Shown here: in pieces, positions 25,151 to 37,597 of the stretch
Position numbering within the stretch: position 1 is the stretch's first letter
Layout of the letters: each line of letters begins with the position of its first letter
DNA from: Takakia lepidozioides
Lineage: Eukaryota > Plantae > Bryophyta
Length of the DNA: 64,000 nt
NCBI GenBank assembly: GCA_030704615.1
Contig: CM060734.1
Coordinates: 55,614,001 to 55,678,000, forward strand
Direction of reading: 5' to 3'
The notes under the pieces: model-generated
Databases searched by the model: none
Told to the model about the DNA's origin: nothing
The model's input: the letters and a program-made list of their open reading frames with translations, nothing else
Translations under genes and position numbers: made by a program

Positions 25151-26764
25151 ATTTTGATCTGGAAATTGGAGATATCACCAAGTAGGTGCCCAGAAATGTG
25201 AATCTGCAGGGCATTCACAGATGCAAAATCCACACAAAAAATCATGGTCAAACCTGTATTTTGGGTATAATTTTGAGCGGGCAATCCACAATATAATTTT
25301 GTTATAATCTACCAATTCCAACGGTGGATCTTCCTGATTTTCTGTGGGTAGATAGATGTGGTAGTTAGGAATCTATTTGTAAGGTTCAAATTTCTGGATG
25401 ATTCAGGGTAATAAGATAGAGCCTAGGACAGGCAGGTATGTACAATTTTGGGGGTGGCCCACCAAATTAGGCAGTTATCGACATAGCCACAAAATAGATA
25501 CATAAATATTTTGACATGAAAGCCCCTGTGGGGCCAGGCCCCATACTATACTCCTAATAAAAATCTGAGGGCCTCTGTCACTTAAGAATAAAATTGAGAA
25601 AAAACCAAAGCCCATGGTACCCGTCCCTTGCCCATAGGCCCAGTCCGGCCTCCGAGTGAGTATGTAGAGCAGTTTCATTCGGCCCTGATTCTAGAGTGGT
25701 CCAGGAATTACTGTGGCCCAGGAATTAGAGTGAGGCGCTTATGTAATAAGGCCACGTGTAATTGGCCAAATTATAGGAGGAATTGGCCAAACTTAGAATA
25801 GGGAGTCTTGTAAGGTTGACATCTGTCCAGGGCCTTCTAGAAGGGTCCCAAGGTCGGCGTCCTGGAAGGGTCCCAATGAGAATCGGAGCTCCTGCAACTG
25901 TCCCGGGGAATATCTATGGTCCGAAGACTTTCCGCTATACATACATTTCCTTCTTCTGTTTCACGTGAAGCATAGTAGATCATAGCAGGCTTCTCCTCCG
26001 CAGTAGTACACGCAGCTTGACAAAGCTCTCATCGTGATCAGGCCTCGGGAAGTGATAGCAGGTCCTTGTGCAGGCCGTTTTGAAACAAAGGCTGTAGGCA
26101 GCGTCTTCAGAGATCGACAGAATGAGGCTAGACTCGACTAGCTTCATCGTCTTTGGTAGTGTGTAATTTTCTCCTGCTCGATGGTGGGCATGCTCAATCT
26201 GTATCTTCATTGTGTGATGACTGTTTGTATTCTTCAGTTAGAAACAAAAGTTTCTTATTTGCAGCTTGAAAGACCATTCAATTCTTGTCTTGAATCCTTC
26301 ATACCTCGGCCAGAGCTGGTGGAATATCCATCTCCTAAGTCCGTCTGCATGATGCCTTCTGTGTGTATCTATTATGATCTACTCGAATAGTTGAAGCTCG
26401 AGGCATGAAACGGGGCAATTTTCATTTGGCTGCTTTTCACTGACGTCTTCTGATCTCTTTCTGGTGGTGAATTTTAAGTGGCTTACGGTCATGGTAGTCG
26501 TCATGAGCTGATTAGCTTTCCAACTCTAAATCTGGTTAAGGACAATATACATATATTCTCAATGCATAGGAACCGACATGTTCTTCGTGATTTCTTACCG
26601 TCGACTTTTGAGATGGAAGGTTCATGTACAGGAGGCAGAGGGAATGACATTGGATACAGTAGTAGTAACAATCACAGAGTTGAATCACCAAGATATATAT
26701 GATACTGTCGACGAAAATGGATTCAGAGTGCCCTATAGTGCGAATATGTAGAAGTGTAAAATCC

Positions 26765-29501
26765 ATGAATCGTCATTCTCAGCTCCAGTTGGTGCTCTTT
26801 TTAGTTACGGTGTGCAGGATCCGCGGCACAACATGTCAGTTGTCACCGAGCAACATGACGTTGAACTCCAAACTGCTTGCAAACGGGAATCGGAGTTTGT
26901 TATCACCTGGTGGAATTTTTGAGATGGGATTTTGGATGCAACCGAATGTGACGTCCCCAATTTTTACGCTCGCTATATGGTATGCCCAGACATCTCCCGA
27001 GAAAACAGTGGTATGGATGGCAGACAGATCCATGAACTTGAGCAGTAACGCCACCCTGTGGTTGACTGCTCGAGGAGATCTTGAGGTGTACTACGATGGC
27101 GACTTGAGGGCGCAACCTGAGTGGACTTCACACACAACAGATGTAAGTCACAATGCATGTGATCGAAGAAAATACTCATTTGATGCTGACACGCGAATTA
27201 CATGGTCAGGTTGTCTCATGAACTAGGTTAGATGGCTACACAAATGAGTCTTAGATAGCTTGTGCGAAAAAGTGGACATGATAATTGTTGATTGCTATTG
27301 GAATCATGAATACGGGGAGAGGATATGATTAGCCTGGACCATCGGGCTCTCACAGGAATTACAGATTTCAAGGTGTTGACGGTAGATTTACATGTGCAAA
27401 TCCGGCAATGATGAAACTGTGCACTGTGCAGTCGAATGTGAGCATGGCAGCCATGCTTGATACGGGAAACCTTGTCCTCCTCAACGGCATCAAGCAGGTC
27501 GTGTGGCAAAGCTTCAACAGCCCCATTGACACTCTCTTGCCGGGCCAGCTTTTTGCCAATGTGACAATGTACGCACGGCTGAAAGATCAGAGCTGGACAC
27601 AAAGTAGTAATTACTCACTCAATTGGGACGGCGACAACCTTGTGGCTTATTGGATATCTCCGCGTTCCTGGTGGGGCAATTTCTCGTACTGGCGTACTAC
27701 TACGTCAGGCTTTTCATATGCCATTTTGACGACAGAGGGTGAGTTTCTTCTTGCAAACAATGCGTCCCGAAATATTTCCCTTGGAAATAGCAGCGACATG
27801 GGTTGGACAGGTCGTTTGCGCCGAGTGACGTTCGACTCTGATGGCATCTTACGCATCTACAGTTGGGTTGTTAATGGGAGTTCGAAAGAGTGGAGTGTAG
27901 AGTGGCAAGCTCTTCCAAGCATCTGTGACGTATACGGCGCTTGTGGTTCCTATGGATATTGCGAGTCTAATCAATGCTCCTGTACTGAGGGATTTCAGTT
28001 TGTCGATGCTAATGATCCATCTCAAGGGTGCACACGGACGAAGGCCATTAGCACGCTCTGCAATGTCAATAGCAATCTGCAAATGAGTAGGAAGGATAAC
28101 GCTGACTATTATGCTGGAGATTACTCGAACGACACTGATGTAAGTTTGAGCTATTGCGTGCAAGCATGCTTGAAGTCATGTTCTTGTGAAGCTTTCGAAG
28201 CTATCCCAGGAAGTGACGGGAGTTACACGTGCTGGTACAAGAACGTTGTCATCAACGGTAAGTTCACAAGCTCCAACCAGACAATGTACATCAAAATCGC
28301 TGGCCAGACCCGTCGGGGCCTCTCTCTTGAACAGAAACTTGTAATAGCACTGATCTTAATGGGCTTAACGATTCTCTTCCTCGGCGTGACGTTGTGCACT
28401 TTTGGGTGTTTTACCGTCGTTCGAAAACATAGAAGCCTTCAAATTAAAAGGTTGGAGAAGAAATGGATTGCGTCAAGAGGCATGATTGTAAATTTCACGT
28501 ATGATGAGATTCGACTAGCAACCCGAGACTTTGCGGAGGAGATCGGGAAAGGGGGCTATGGGTCTGTGTTCAAGGGAGAAATCGGAGAGCAGGCCGTAGT
28601 GGCCGTGAAACGACTGGAGAGATTGGGTGCTGGAGAGAGAGGATTTGTGAACGAGGTGGACACGATTGGACGCATTCATCACGTTAATTTGGTGCAACTC
28701 CACGGCTTCTGCTCGACAGCTGATCACAAGTTGCTAGTCTACGAGTACGTGGAGAACAGCTCCCTCAACAAAACTCTCTTCCGAGGAGATCGGAAGTCTG
28801 AAGCGCCTATTCTGGAGTGGAGGTCCCGCTTCAAGATTGCCATCCAAACAGCGCGGGGGCTGGCATACCTACACGAGGAGGTGCGAGACCAGCGCATCAT
28901 CCACTGCGATGTTAAGCCGGAGAACATCCTGCTTGACTCCACGATGTCTGCCAAAGTTGCAGACTTTGGGCTTTCACGGATCTTGAACCGAGAGCAGACG
29001 CGCACAATGACGACGCACATTCGTGGCACCTCCGGCTACTTGGCTCCCGAGTGGACCTCCGACCACGTGCCCATCACCGCCAAAATTGACGTCTACAGCT
29101 ACGGTATGGTGCTGCTCGAGATTGTCAGCGGTCGGCGCAACCTAAAAATCTCTTGGGTAGACGAGCATGAGATCGAGATGCAGCCCGACTGGTACTACCC
29201 TTTGTGGGCTTTCGCCAAGATTGAAAATGGATCATTCCTCGAGGTCGTGGATCCGTTGTTGAGCGGAATCGTGGACGACAAGGAGGTGGAAAGGGCGTTG
29301 CTAGTGGCCTTTTGGTGCATCAATGACAAGCCTGAGCGAAGGCCTACAATGACGATGGTTTTGAATATGCTGGAAGGCCACGTTGCTATCGAGCACCCAG
29401 TGCCGCGACCCAAACTTCTTGATGACATGCTCAGTACTATCAGTACCGATAGTAAAAAGCCGCGCTCAGAATCAGATGTCTTCCCTTCACCTGGCAGGTG
29501 A
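26765..29501 (+). CDS. G-type lectin S-domain receptor-like Ser/Thr kinase (bulb lectin, EGF/PAN, TM, non-RD kinase)
   Basis: Exons 26765-27142 and 27432-29501 joined by a phase-0 GT-AG intron. Motifs: SPGGIFEMGF, MLDTGNLVL...WQSFNSPIDTLLPGQ, CDVYGACGSYGYC, a TM helix, GKGGYGSVFKG, HCDVKPENILL, DFGLSR, GYLAPEW. Confidence 0.95.
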
Positions 29502-29529
29502 TCAATTACCTTCCAACCCTCGAAGTATA

Positions 29530-30501
29530 TTAGTCATTTGTTTGCTAACGCTAAGACTTTGATCAGGTTCAAGATTGTCTTTTTACAGACTCGAGGACTT
29601 TGTCCACTGAATCACGACCATATTGCTCTTTTCGAAATAATTATCTGCTTTTGTGGCAGCTGCAATATGAGCACCATGTAGGGTCAAGAGAAGCTGGGCC
29701 TCACTCGCATGCATTTCTTCCATGGCCTACAAAAACATTAGATAGCCTGGACAGGTACTCATTGGCATGAACTATGAACTCGATCACAAAAGTTGAGTGA
29801 TTTTGGCAAACTGTATTAGTACCGAAAAGGACCACAAGGTGCAACTGAACTGCAGGGTTTTCTGACTCAGTAAATGTCAGGAGTCTTTTCTTGTCCTCAG
29901 TCAGACTGTACACAAGGGTATGTGAGAAGTTTTTTCGGGGGAGGAGAAGGTACTTATGAGACTTGCTATCCAGTATCCTTCGTGGGCATAGACTTGTTCT
30001 CGGGTTGGACAGCCGGAGAGGGCAGCAGGGGAGAGCTGAAGAGGACTTGTTATGCACAAGGGACCCGTGTCCTGTAGCGTCCATTATCACTCAGAACCAG
30101 ACCCATGGAAGGTCACGGTTTTTTGGTGTTGACATGATCTCGCTACGTGAGCAGGGCAAAGTTGGTCACAAAAGATGTATGTCTTCTGACACTTCAAAAT
30201 CCCACAAAATCTCAGTGCCGAGCTATCATATTGAAATTCTGTAACGTGCAGTGTCCTTCTCATGGGAACTGATCTACTTGACCATCCCATGAGTTATTGC
30301 TGTATGGCATAAAGATTCTTGAAGTAATTTTTGTAGGCCATGCCGTCTCTGAGAAGGTCGATTCAGCGCTACTCAGCTGGATCATTGACTAGGTCGACCG
30401 TTAGCAAAATTTAGTAAGGTTCATATCTTGGTCCTATGAAATGTGAACTATGAAATGATAGATTCAAGCTTCTCGTGACCATGTAGGATGAGAATGAAAA
30501 C
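29530..30501 (+). repeat. Dispersed repeat B, copy 1 (~970 bp; direct repeat of 41391-42381)
   Basis: From AGTCATTTGTTTGCTA to GTAGGATGAGAATGAAAACC the two regions align co-linearly, with scattered substitutions and small indels. Confidence 0.95.
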
Positions 30502-30859
30502 CATAAGATTTGTTGCGCAAAATCCTTTCCCTCAGCATGCAACTCCAGTCACAAATAAGAATAATCTCGTGTTCACTAGCTGTATCTACACCAATTTCTG
30601 TGGAATCCAGAAAATTAGGATGCAGCAGGTCCCAACAACTCTCTCTCTCTCTCTCCCTCTCTCTCCCTCCCTCTCTCTCCTCTCTCCAAGTATGGCAAAC
30701 AACGTCTTCTGACTACAGTTATATATGGGTGCAATGGGGAGCAAGAAAGATCGCCGTTTATGTACAAGTACTACCGCTCACAGTTTTTGGTTTTCTAGGG
30801 CGATTTGGGCAGCTGCCCCACACTAAAACTAGTCTAAAACGGCAGGGCCTACTACGTCT

Positions 30860-31560
30860 GTGTCACGCCTTGTTCAAATAGTTGAAGGGCCTCCATCCCA
30901 CCATTCGGCATTCTGGACAGAAGTATCCTGCTGTCCAAGAGACCACATCTCGTTCACCTCCTATGAAGCAATACCAGCTTCGACGATGTCAGAGTACTGG
31001 ACCTCTCTCTGCCATTTTCAAGAGCACCGAGGCTTGAGAATACAAATGAACGTGACCCTGTGTCGCGTTCCATTTTCTGATAAATCTCAAGAGCCTCCCT
31101 ACCAGACCCACCTCCAATGTAGCCTGTAATCATTGCATTCCATAATACAAACATCCCATTCCGCCATTTTGTTGACCGGCATGTCAGTGAGGGCTATCTC
31201 CGGAATGCTATCTGATGCAATTTCACCTCTGATGATATTAGCACAGATCTCTCTGCCCTTCTCTAGGTCTGCTAGACAGGCACATGCATTGAGCACCGAA
31301 GTGAAAGTGACTCTGTTGGGCATCACCCCTTCTCGGTGCATTAGCTCATAGATGTCGAAACCCTCCATAACACACCCATGGCGAGCACATCCTGCAATCA
31401 TGGCGTTCCATTAGACCACATTTCGTTGAAATCTTGTTGAACACTTGAGACGTTAGGTATATATATGTCAGAATGGGTCACTTTGCCCCTTTCCAGATCT
31501 CCACAGCATTCAAAACGCAAGTGAACGTGACTCTGTCATCCCTTCTCCTCGCATTTGCTC
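30860..31560 (-). pseudogene. PLS-class PPR pseudogene fragment
   Basis: NAMIAGCARHG...MHREGVMPNRVTFTSVLNACACLADLEKG, and LWNAMITGY...GREALEIYQKM, in shifting frames with stops. Confidence 0.85.
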
Positions 31561-32697
31561 GTAGATCTCCAATGTAAAACAATGCCGATTCCCTACTGCT
31601 ACTCTAGCCCAAATCTGACAAATGTGGCTGTGATTGCACCGTTGTGTCACAAAGCTGGAGAAAGGAAGGGCAAGGACCCAACAGAGGGAGAGATTACTTT
31701 TATGGAAAAATATACACCAGCATACTTCACCAAGAGCTAGCAGGTCCTAGTTTCAGTGATGGTGGTTGAATGCAGGCCAAGCAATAATTGTAGAATGGCC
31801 TTTGGCAGGAGTTTATGTCAGATCCAATCTCCATGAACGCCTCTTTCTCCTTTGCAAATTGCAATGTCTCCTCCGGTGTCACAGCATTTCAAAACCTAAG
31901 AAGGCGCCAGTAAGTTTTCTCTAACTTACATTTCATTGTTGAAGATCTGCGTAGAGATTGAGTGGAATGTCCCAGAAAGGGATTTGTCGCTACCAACCAT
32001 CACCATGAAACAACGGTGATTTGCTTTCTACTCCTCTGTTACTCCTCTGTCACTCCTCTGGGACTGTCTCTATCAATACCTGTTGAAGAGGAGTTTTACA
32101 GGTCAAAGATCTTTTCCTGAAGTTGTAGTATGTGTTTTTTTGTAGTACGATCTTTGTCAGTCACATCTGCTGTAGTGATGCTCACTGTTGGATTTTATGG
32201 TTATAGCCTGATCCAAACGAGGCTTATAGCTGCTCAGTTGCACACTTGTGATTTTTGCAGAATAGTCCAAGATCCCCAGACTTCAGACAGGCACACAAAG
32301 GAGGCCCCTTGGGATTGAGAGTTGGTCCAACCTCCCTTGGGTGAAAGCAGAGCTAAATGCCATGACTCAAGGTGAAGCACAATCTATGGTGCTGATGTCG
32401 ATGTACGCAGCAGAGTTGCAGGCCAAGACTACAACAGGCGCCATTATTTTGATGGTTCCAAGTCAATCAGAGAGAATTTGCAAATTGTAAGTCTCTCAAA
32501 TGAGGTGAGTGCAGTTGTGTAAGGAGCTTGAGAGATCGTCCTTGAAGTATCTAGAAGTTTTCAACTATGTGAGTTGAAGTATATTTAAGGTTGGTAGGTA
32601 AGAGTTTGGAGTCAAGCAGGATAGCAGGGTTGAATCAGGCACAATTGTTCTTGGACATTAGAGGGGCTGCAGAAGCAGAACCACCTGAAAATCAAAA

Positions 32698-32864
32698 CCC
32701 TCCCAACCCCTGAGTTCTACAACATAACGTAAACCAGAATAGCATTCAAATAGTCTATAACAGTGGCTTGGGATTTCCCTCCCTACCCCTGAGTTCTACT
32801 ACATAACGCAAACCAGAATAGCATTCAAATAGTTTATGCTATAACGGTGGCTTGGGATTTCCCT
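32698..32864. repeat. ~80-bp tandem duplication spanning the TIC22 stop codon and 3' UTR
   Basis: CCCTCCC.ACCCCTGAGTTCTAC...GCATTCAAATAGT...GTGGCTTGGGATTTCCCT occurs twice in tandem. Confidence 0.85.
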
Positions 32865-33964
32865 AGATGGTTCATAGCATCCATGCCCGGTGGAATGAAC
32901 ACTATATCTCCCCAGCCCGTGTCCTCCTCATTGCTTTCCATCCTCTTCAGTACATCCTCAAAGCAGCCCACCTGGACATCTGTATTGACCCGCAAAGCCG
33001 GGTTTACTCTCTGTTGCTGTTTGAAAGCTCTCTTAAGAGCATTCTCTAGATCTTCCTTGCAGAAGAAGATAGGGCAGAAGCGCCGGTTGTTACTCCTCAG
33101 AATTAGGTTATCAGACTGGAAGACTGGCACCCCGTCAAATGCTCTCCCTGGATCGCCTGCCTTAGCTCTTGCCTCAAGTGCCTTTTTCACTTGCCGTGGG
33201 TCAGGTAGGAACCGGAATGCAATGCCCTCCGTGTTGAGCCGGTACACCTTGTCAAGTGAGACAGCAACCACTTTTGCCCCACGACCTAAAGATGGCTCTC
33301 GATCTCTGACCTGGGCAAGGAGCGCCACGGCGTCCTCCTCTCTGAAGCAAAATATTCCAAGAGATTTTGAGCTACTGAGATCTGATATCAACACAAATTC
33401 ATTCGCGGAATTGCTCACAGTGTAGACCGGGACGCCATCCAACCTCTTTGCCACCTGCTCCGTGCTCATGGCGAGATTGAAAAGAGGTACTTTTGGCTCC
33501 CATTGCGCACTTGTATCGGGGCCGGAACTAAGTGATAAACAAGCCAAAAGAGGCAGCTGGATCCTCTGGTTTGCCTGCCTGCTGGCACGCCTAACCATCT
33601 GCACCAGATGATACGAAATCTCTAACCTCTGCTTATTGATGCTCTCCTCAATCAGTCCTCCAACCCTCAACCATGGCTGCCAAAATCTGCTTTCCCAAAT
33701 ATTTCGTACCTGCCCATCACTCTGTACACGCTGAGATCCACGTCCAAGGCCAGAAATGTGTTCCGCCTTTCCTTCCTCTATGCATTGACCTCCTAGCCTT
33801 CCTCCAACTCCTGCCCACCGCTGCCTCACCTCCCCCACCAAGGACCCAATGCCCCACCGGGGAGGCCATCTGTCTTCATTTTTCTCAGAATTCTCTACAG
33901 AAACAGACCTCGGAGACCAAGACTTGGCTCCAGCACCCCCAGCAGAAGTCCAGCCCCCTTCCAT
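32834..33964 (-). CDS. TIC22: Chloroplast protein import component Tic22, intronless
   Basis: 376-aa ORF with MSTEQVAKRLDGVPVYTVSNSANEFVLISD, VVAVSLDKVY...EGIAFRFLPDPRQVK, FDGVPVFQS, CPIFFCKEDL and WGDIVFIPPG. Confidence 0.93.
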   Translation of the reverse strand: MEGGWTSAGGAGAKSWSPRSVSVENSEKNEDRWPPRWGIGSLVGEVRQRWAGVGGRLGGQCIEEGKAEHISGLGRGSQRVQSDGQVRNIWESRFWQPWLRVGGLIEESINKQRLEISYHLVQMVRRASRQANQRIQLPLLACLSLSSGPDTSAQWEPKVPLFNLAMSTEQVAKRLDGVPVYTVSNSANEFVLISDLSSSKSLGIFCFREEDAVALLAQVRDREPSLGRGAKVVAVSLDKVYRLNTEGIAFRFLPDPRQVKKALEARAKAGDPGRAFDGVPVFQSDNLILRSNNRRFCPIFFCKEDLENALKRAFKQQQRVNPALRVNTDVQVGCFEDVLKRMESNEEDTGWGDIVFIPPGMDAMNHLGKSQATVIA

Positions 33965-34449
33965 TACGACCTCCTCGCTCTGTTAAGCCTCCACCATAGC
34001 CACACTTTCAAGAACTTCTGTGTAGAACGAGGGAGACGTTGGAACACGGAGATGGAGACCCCACTTCAATACAGTTTTGTTTTTCTTTTCTTTTTTAATA
34101 ACAGGGGACAGTGGCCCTGCCAGGAGCTTTATTAAGTTTATTTTTCAGGGAAAAAAATTAAAACCCCATTGGAACGCCATATCAGGCCTCTACCTTGTGT
34201 CATGACCCATTGCGGATTAGACTAACCATGAACCCAAGAAGACCTCTTGTGCGTGCTGCTTGTATTTGTAGTCAGGTAATATAGGATTGGTTCGTAAGAA
34301 CCACCACGGTGCAGCTGAGCGGGCAGAGATTAAAATATGGGCTGCTAAGACCAAGCTGATTCCCCCAAGAACCTTGTGATCATCAAGAAGAATACCAAAT
34401 CATGGTACAAAGGGGAGCCAAGAGCCCACATTTGCACAGAATGCGCCCC

Positions 34450-34660
34450 CAAGCCCTCCAACACTACACCCCACTCCCAAAGACCTCGGATCACTAGCAT
34501 TTTCCTCTCCCGCGTCGACGTTCGCTATGTCTTCTCCTCTCTCTCTCTCAAGACGCTCCTTCCACCACGTCCATAATCCCTCCTCCAAATCCAGATGATG
34601 CCTTCCGCTGCTCTGTCCTCCAACACTGCACCCCACTCCGGAAGACCTTGGATCACTAGC
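34450..34660. repeat. Two direct copies of a ~45-bp motif
   Basis: CCTCCAACACT(A/G)CACCCCACTCC..AAGACCT.GGATCACTAGC at ~34455 and ~34617. Confidence 0.7.
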
Positions 34661-34661
34661 C

Positions 34662-37597
34662 TGTCAAGTTATTTTACCACTAGTGTGAAACTAGCTAGGA
34701 AATAGCTAACTTTTACATATTGACATTTGGGATTGGCCCAAGTGTCAATCCAGGGGTCAAGGCAGATTTAGGCCCTGGAGTGGTTATCTTCACGGCAAGC
34801 GCGGGAGGCTCATCTTTCTCGAGTTGAGCCTCACCGCGCCTAGCTATGGCGTCGTAGTGTGGATTCCCCATGGCGTGGGGTGCACTTGGCTTGACTTGTA
34901 TTTGAGTGATGAGGTTATATATGCATGAGTTTATGCTTCAGCTTTGTGAGCTCGCATGAGATTGTGCTTGTATTCTTCTTCTTTATCACTCGAGAAAGAT
35001 GAGCTCGTATCTGTGAGTGCTAGATACGAGTTAGTTGTAGCACTTGTGGTTTTTGCTTGAGAATGAGATAAACCAAGTTGTTATGCAAGGAGCACCGTGG
35101 AGCTCTTGGTTGTTAGAAGCGGAGGCGATGTGGGTTACGAGGTGGTAGACCTTGGCATTCGATCTTCAGCTTCAGAGATGAAAGCACCATGCTGCAGGTA
35201 ATTCCAGAGTACCTTGATGGTTTCAGATTGTGTACATGCATGAGCAAGCACGATTGGGAAGAGGACCAGTCAAGAGCAGGTTATAGTGGCTTTGGTGGCA
35301 AAGCTGAGAACTGGACTTGGGAATGCGAGCTTTCATTGTGTGAAGGATTGCAAGACCAAGCGAAAGGGCTGATTTGGCTTGGGGCAAATCAGTGCACTTT
35401 ATGGAGTATGGTGAGATTGGGTTTCAATCTCGAGCTTCAGTATTGAGAGGGCTCTTGTCATGGCAAGAGCAGGGCTGGAACAGGAGCTAAGAGGTGCGGC
35501 AAGGCCATGGAATGTGCACCTAGGGTTTCAGAGCTTGGAAGAAGAGCTCTTGCACCACAAGAGAAGTGTCTTTGTGGCTGGAAATGTAAGCCTTAGGGTT
35601 TCAGGAGCTTGGCAAAGGCTGTGGAGTGCTTAGTCTTGTCTTAGAGAGCATCAAGGAGCCAAGGAGCCAAGATAGGGGGCTGATATCTCTTGTGTGAAGA
35701 GGTTGCATGTGTGGAGCATGTATTCAGCTCATTGAAGCTTCCATCTTCAAGCTTGGAGGGCAAGCAAGGAAGTGGAAAGGGCTGACTTCCCTTATGTGAG
35801 GGCAATGCATGTGTGGAGCATGCTATCAGCCTGATGAAGGCTTGCATTTTCAGGTTTGTGGGTGCAAGAAATGAAGCAAATGAGCTGATTCCCTTATGGT
35901 GAGAGTGGGGCATGTGTGGAGCATGCCTTCAGCCCATTGAGGCTCTTGTTTTCAAGCTTTAGAGATCTAGAACGGAAGGTCTAGGGCTGGTTTCCACTTG
36001 GAGTGAAAGAAAAGCACTTGTAGGGCCTATGTGAGTTGGGGTTTCAACTTCAAGCTTGAAGGGAGCGCAACTCTTGAAGCAGCAGGTGTAGGGGGCTGGA
36101 ATAGGCTCTAAGATAGATGCTATGGCCAAGGAGAGTGCTTGAATGAGTGCTCACAAGGGCTGGGAACCAGCAGGGCTTGGTTGTTTGCCATTGAGTTTAG
36201 TGGCGTGTTTGGGGAGGCTAAGTGAGAAAGAAGGCTTGGTTTGTGGCAACCACCTCATGACTTAGGGCTACTATGGTGGTGTGTGGGAGCCGAAAGAGCA
36301 AGAATACCTTGCTGATTTCCTCACAGCCGCCATAGCTCGGTGGAAAGAAGCCCAGAGTCCAAGAGACACAAACCCTAGCTTGGCGTGGCTAAACCCCTTG
36401 GAGAAATGGCTAAACTGCCAGAGCGGCCATGGATGGGGCTGTGAGGGGCTGTGAGGGGCTGTGACAGGCTGTGCCCGTGGCCTTTGGGGCTGTGAGGGGC
36501 TGTGACAGGCTGTGCCCAGTGGCCTGTGGGGCTGTGACGGGCTGTGAGGGGCTGTGACAGGCCGTGCCTGAGGCCTTAGGGGCTGTGAGGGGCTGTGTCA
36601 GGCCGTGCCTGAGGCCTGTGGGGCTGTGACGGGCTGTGACAGGCTGTGCGCAGTGGCCTGTGGGGCTGTGAGGGGCTGTGCGGGGCTGTGAGGGGCTGTG
36701 ACAGGCTGTGCCCGTGGCCTTTGGGGCTGTGAGGGGCTGTGACAGGCTGTGCCCAGTGGCCTGTGGGGCTGTGACGGGCTGTGCGGGGCTGTGACAGGCT
36801 GTGCCCAGCCCAGTGGCCTGTGGGGCTGTGACGGGCTGTGCGGGGCTGTGACAGGCTGTGCCCAGTGGCCTGTGGGGCTGTGACGGGCTGTGAGGGGCTG
36901 TGACAGGCTGTGCCCATGGCCTTTGGGGCTGTGATGGGCTGTGAGGGGCTGTGACAGGCCGTGCCTGAGGCCTTTGGGGTTGTGACGGGCTGTGAGGGGC
37001 TGTGACAGGCCATGCCTGAGGCCTTTGGGGCTATGACGGGCTGTGAGGGGCTGTGTCAGGCCGTGCCTGAGGCTTTTGGGGCTGTGAGGGGCTGTGCCGG
37101 TGGCCTTTAGGGCTGTGACGGGCTGTGCCGGGCTGCACCGGTGGCCTTCGGGGCTATGACGGGCTGTGAGGGCCTGTGTCGGTGGCCTTCGGGGTCGTGA
37201 CGGGCTGTGAGGGCCTGTGACGGGCTACGCCGGTGGCCTTGGGGGCTGTGATGGGCTGTGAGGGGCTGTGTCAGGCCGTGCCTGAGGCCTTTGGGGCTGT
37301 GAGGGGCTGTGCCGGGCTGCGCCGGTGGCCTTGAGGGCTGTGACGGGCTGTGCCGGGTTGCACCGGTGGCCTTCGGGCTATGACGGGCTGTGAGGGCCTG
37401 TGTCGGTGGCCTTCGGGGTCGTGACGGGCTGTGAGGGCCTGTGTCGGTGGCCTTCGGGGTCGTGACGGGTTGTGAGGGCCTGTGACGGGCTACGCCGGTG
37501 GCCTTCGGGGCTGTGATGGGCTGTGAGGGGCTGTGTCAGGCCGTGCCTGAGGCCTTTGGGGCTGTGAGGGGCTGTGGCGAGCTGTGACGGGCTGTGG
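34662..37597. mobile_element. LTR-like non-coding repeat with internal ~102-bp subrepeats and a terminal minisatellite
   Basis: Starts abruptly with TGTCAAG (…TTGACA on the minus strand). No credible ORF. GCATGTGTGGAGCATG recurs at 35705, 35807 and 35910. It abuts a truncated PPR fragment. No TSD or paired LTR seen. Confidence 0.45.
36435..37597 (+). repeat. G-rich minisatellite: GGGCTGTGA(G/C) 10-mers in 40-50 bp higher-order units
   Basis: Dozens of GGGGCTGTGA/GGGCTGTGAC units interrupted by GCC...GGCCT(T/G)(T/C)GG spacers. Confidence 0.97.

Noticed and set aside
25740-26230. Possible solo LTR (TGTAAT start, CCTTCTAGAAGG palindrome)
   Set aside because: No definable 3' CA end or TSD; composition alone is insufficient.
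30639-30685. (CT)n microsatellite; also ~14253-14271 and (GA)n ~59275-59296
   Set aside because: Ordinary simple repeats.
32847-33425. 192-aa plus-strand ORF (and similar antisense ORFs over SEP5-like, RLK and GDCST)
   Set aside because: Antisense shadows of real genes.
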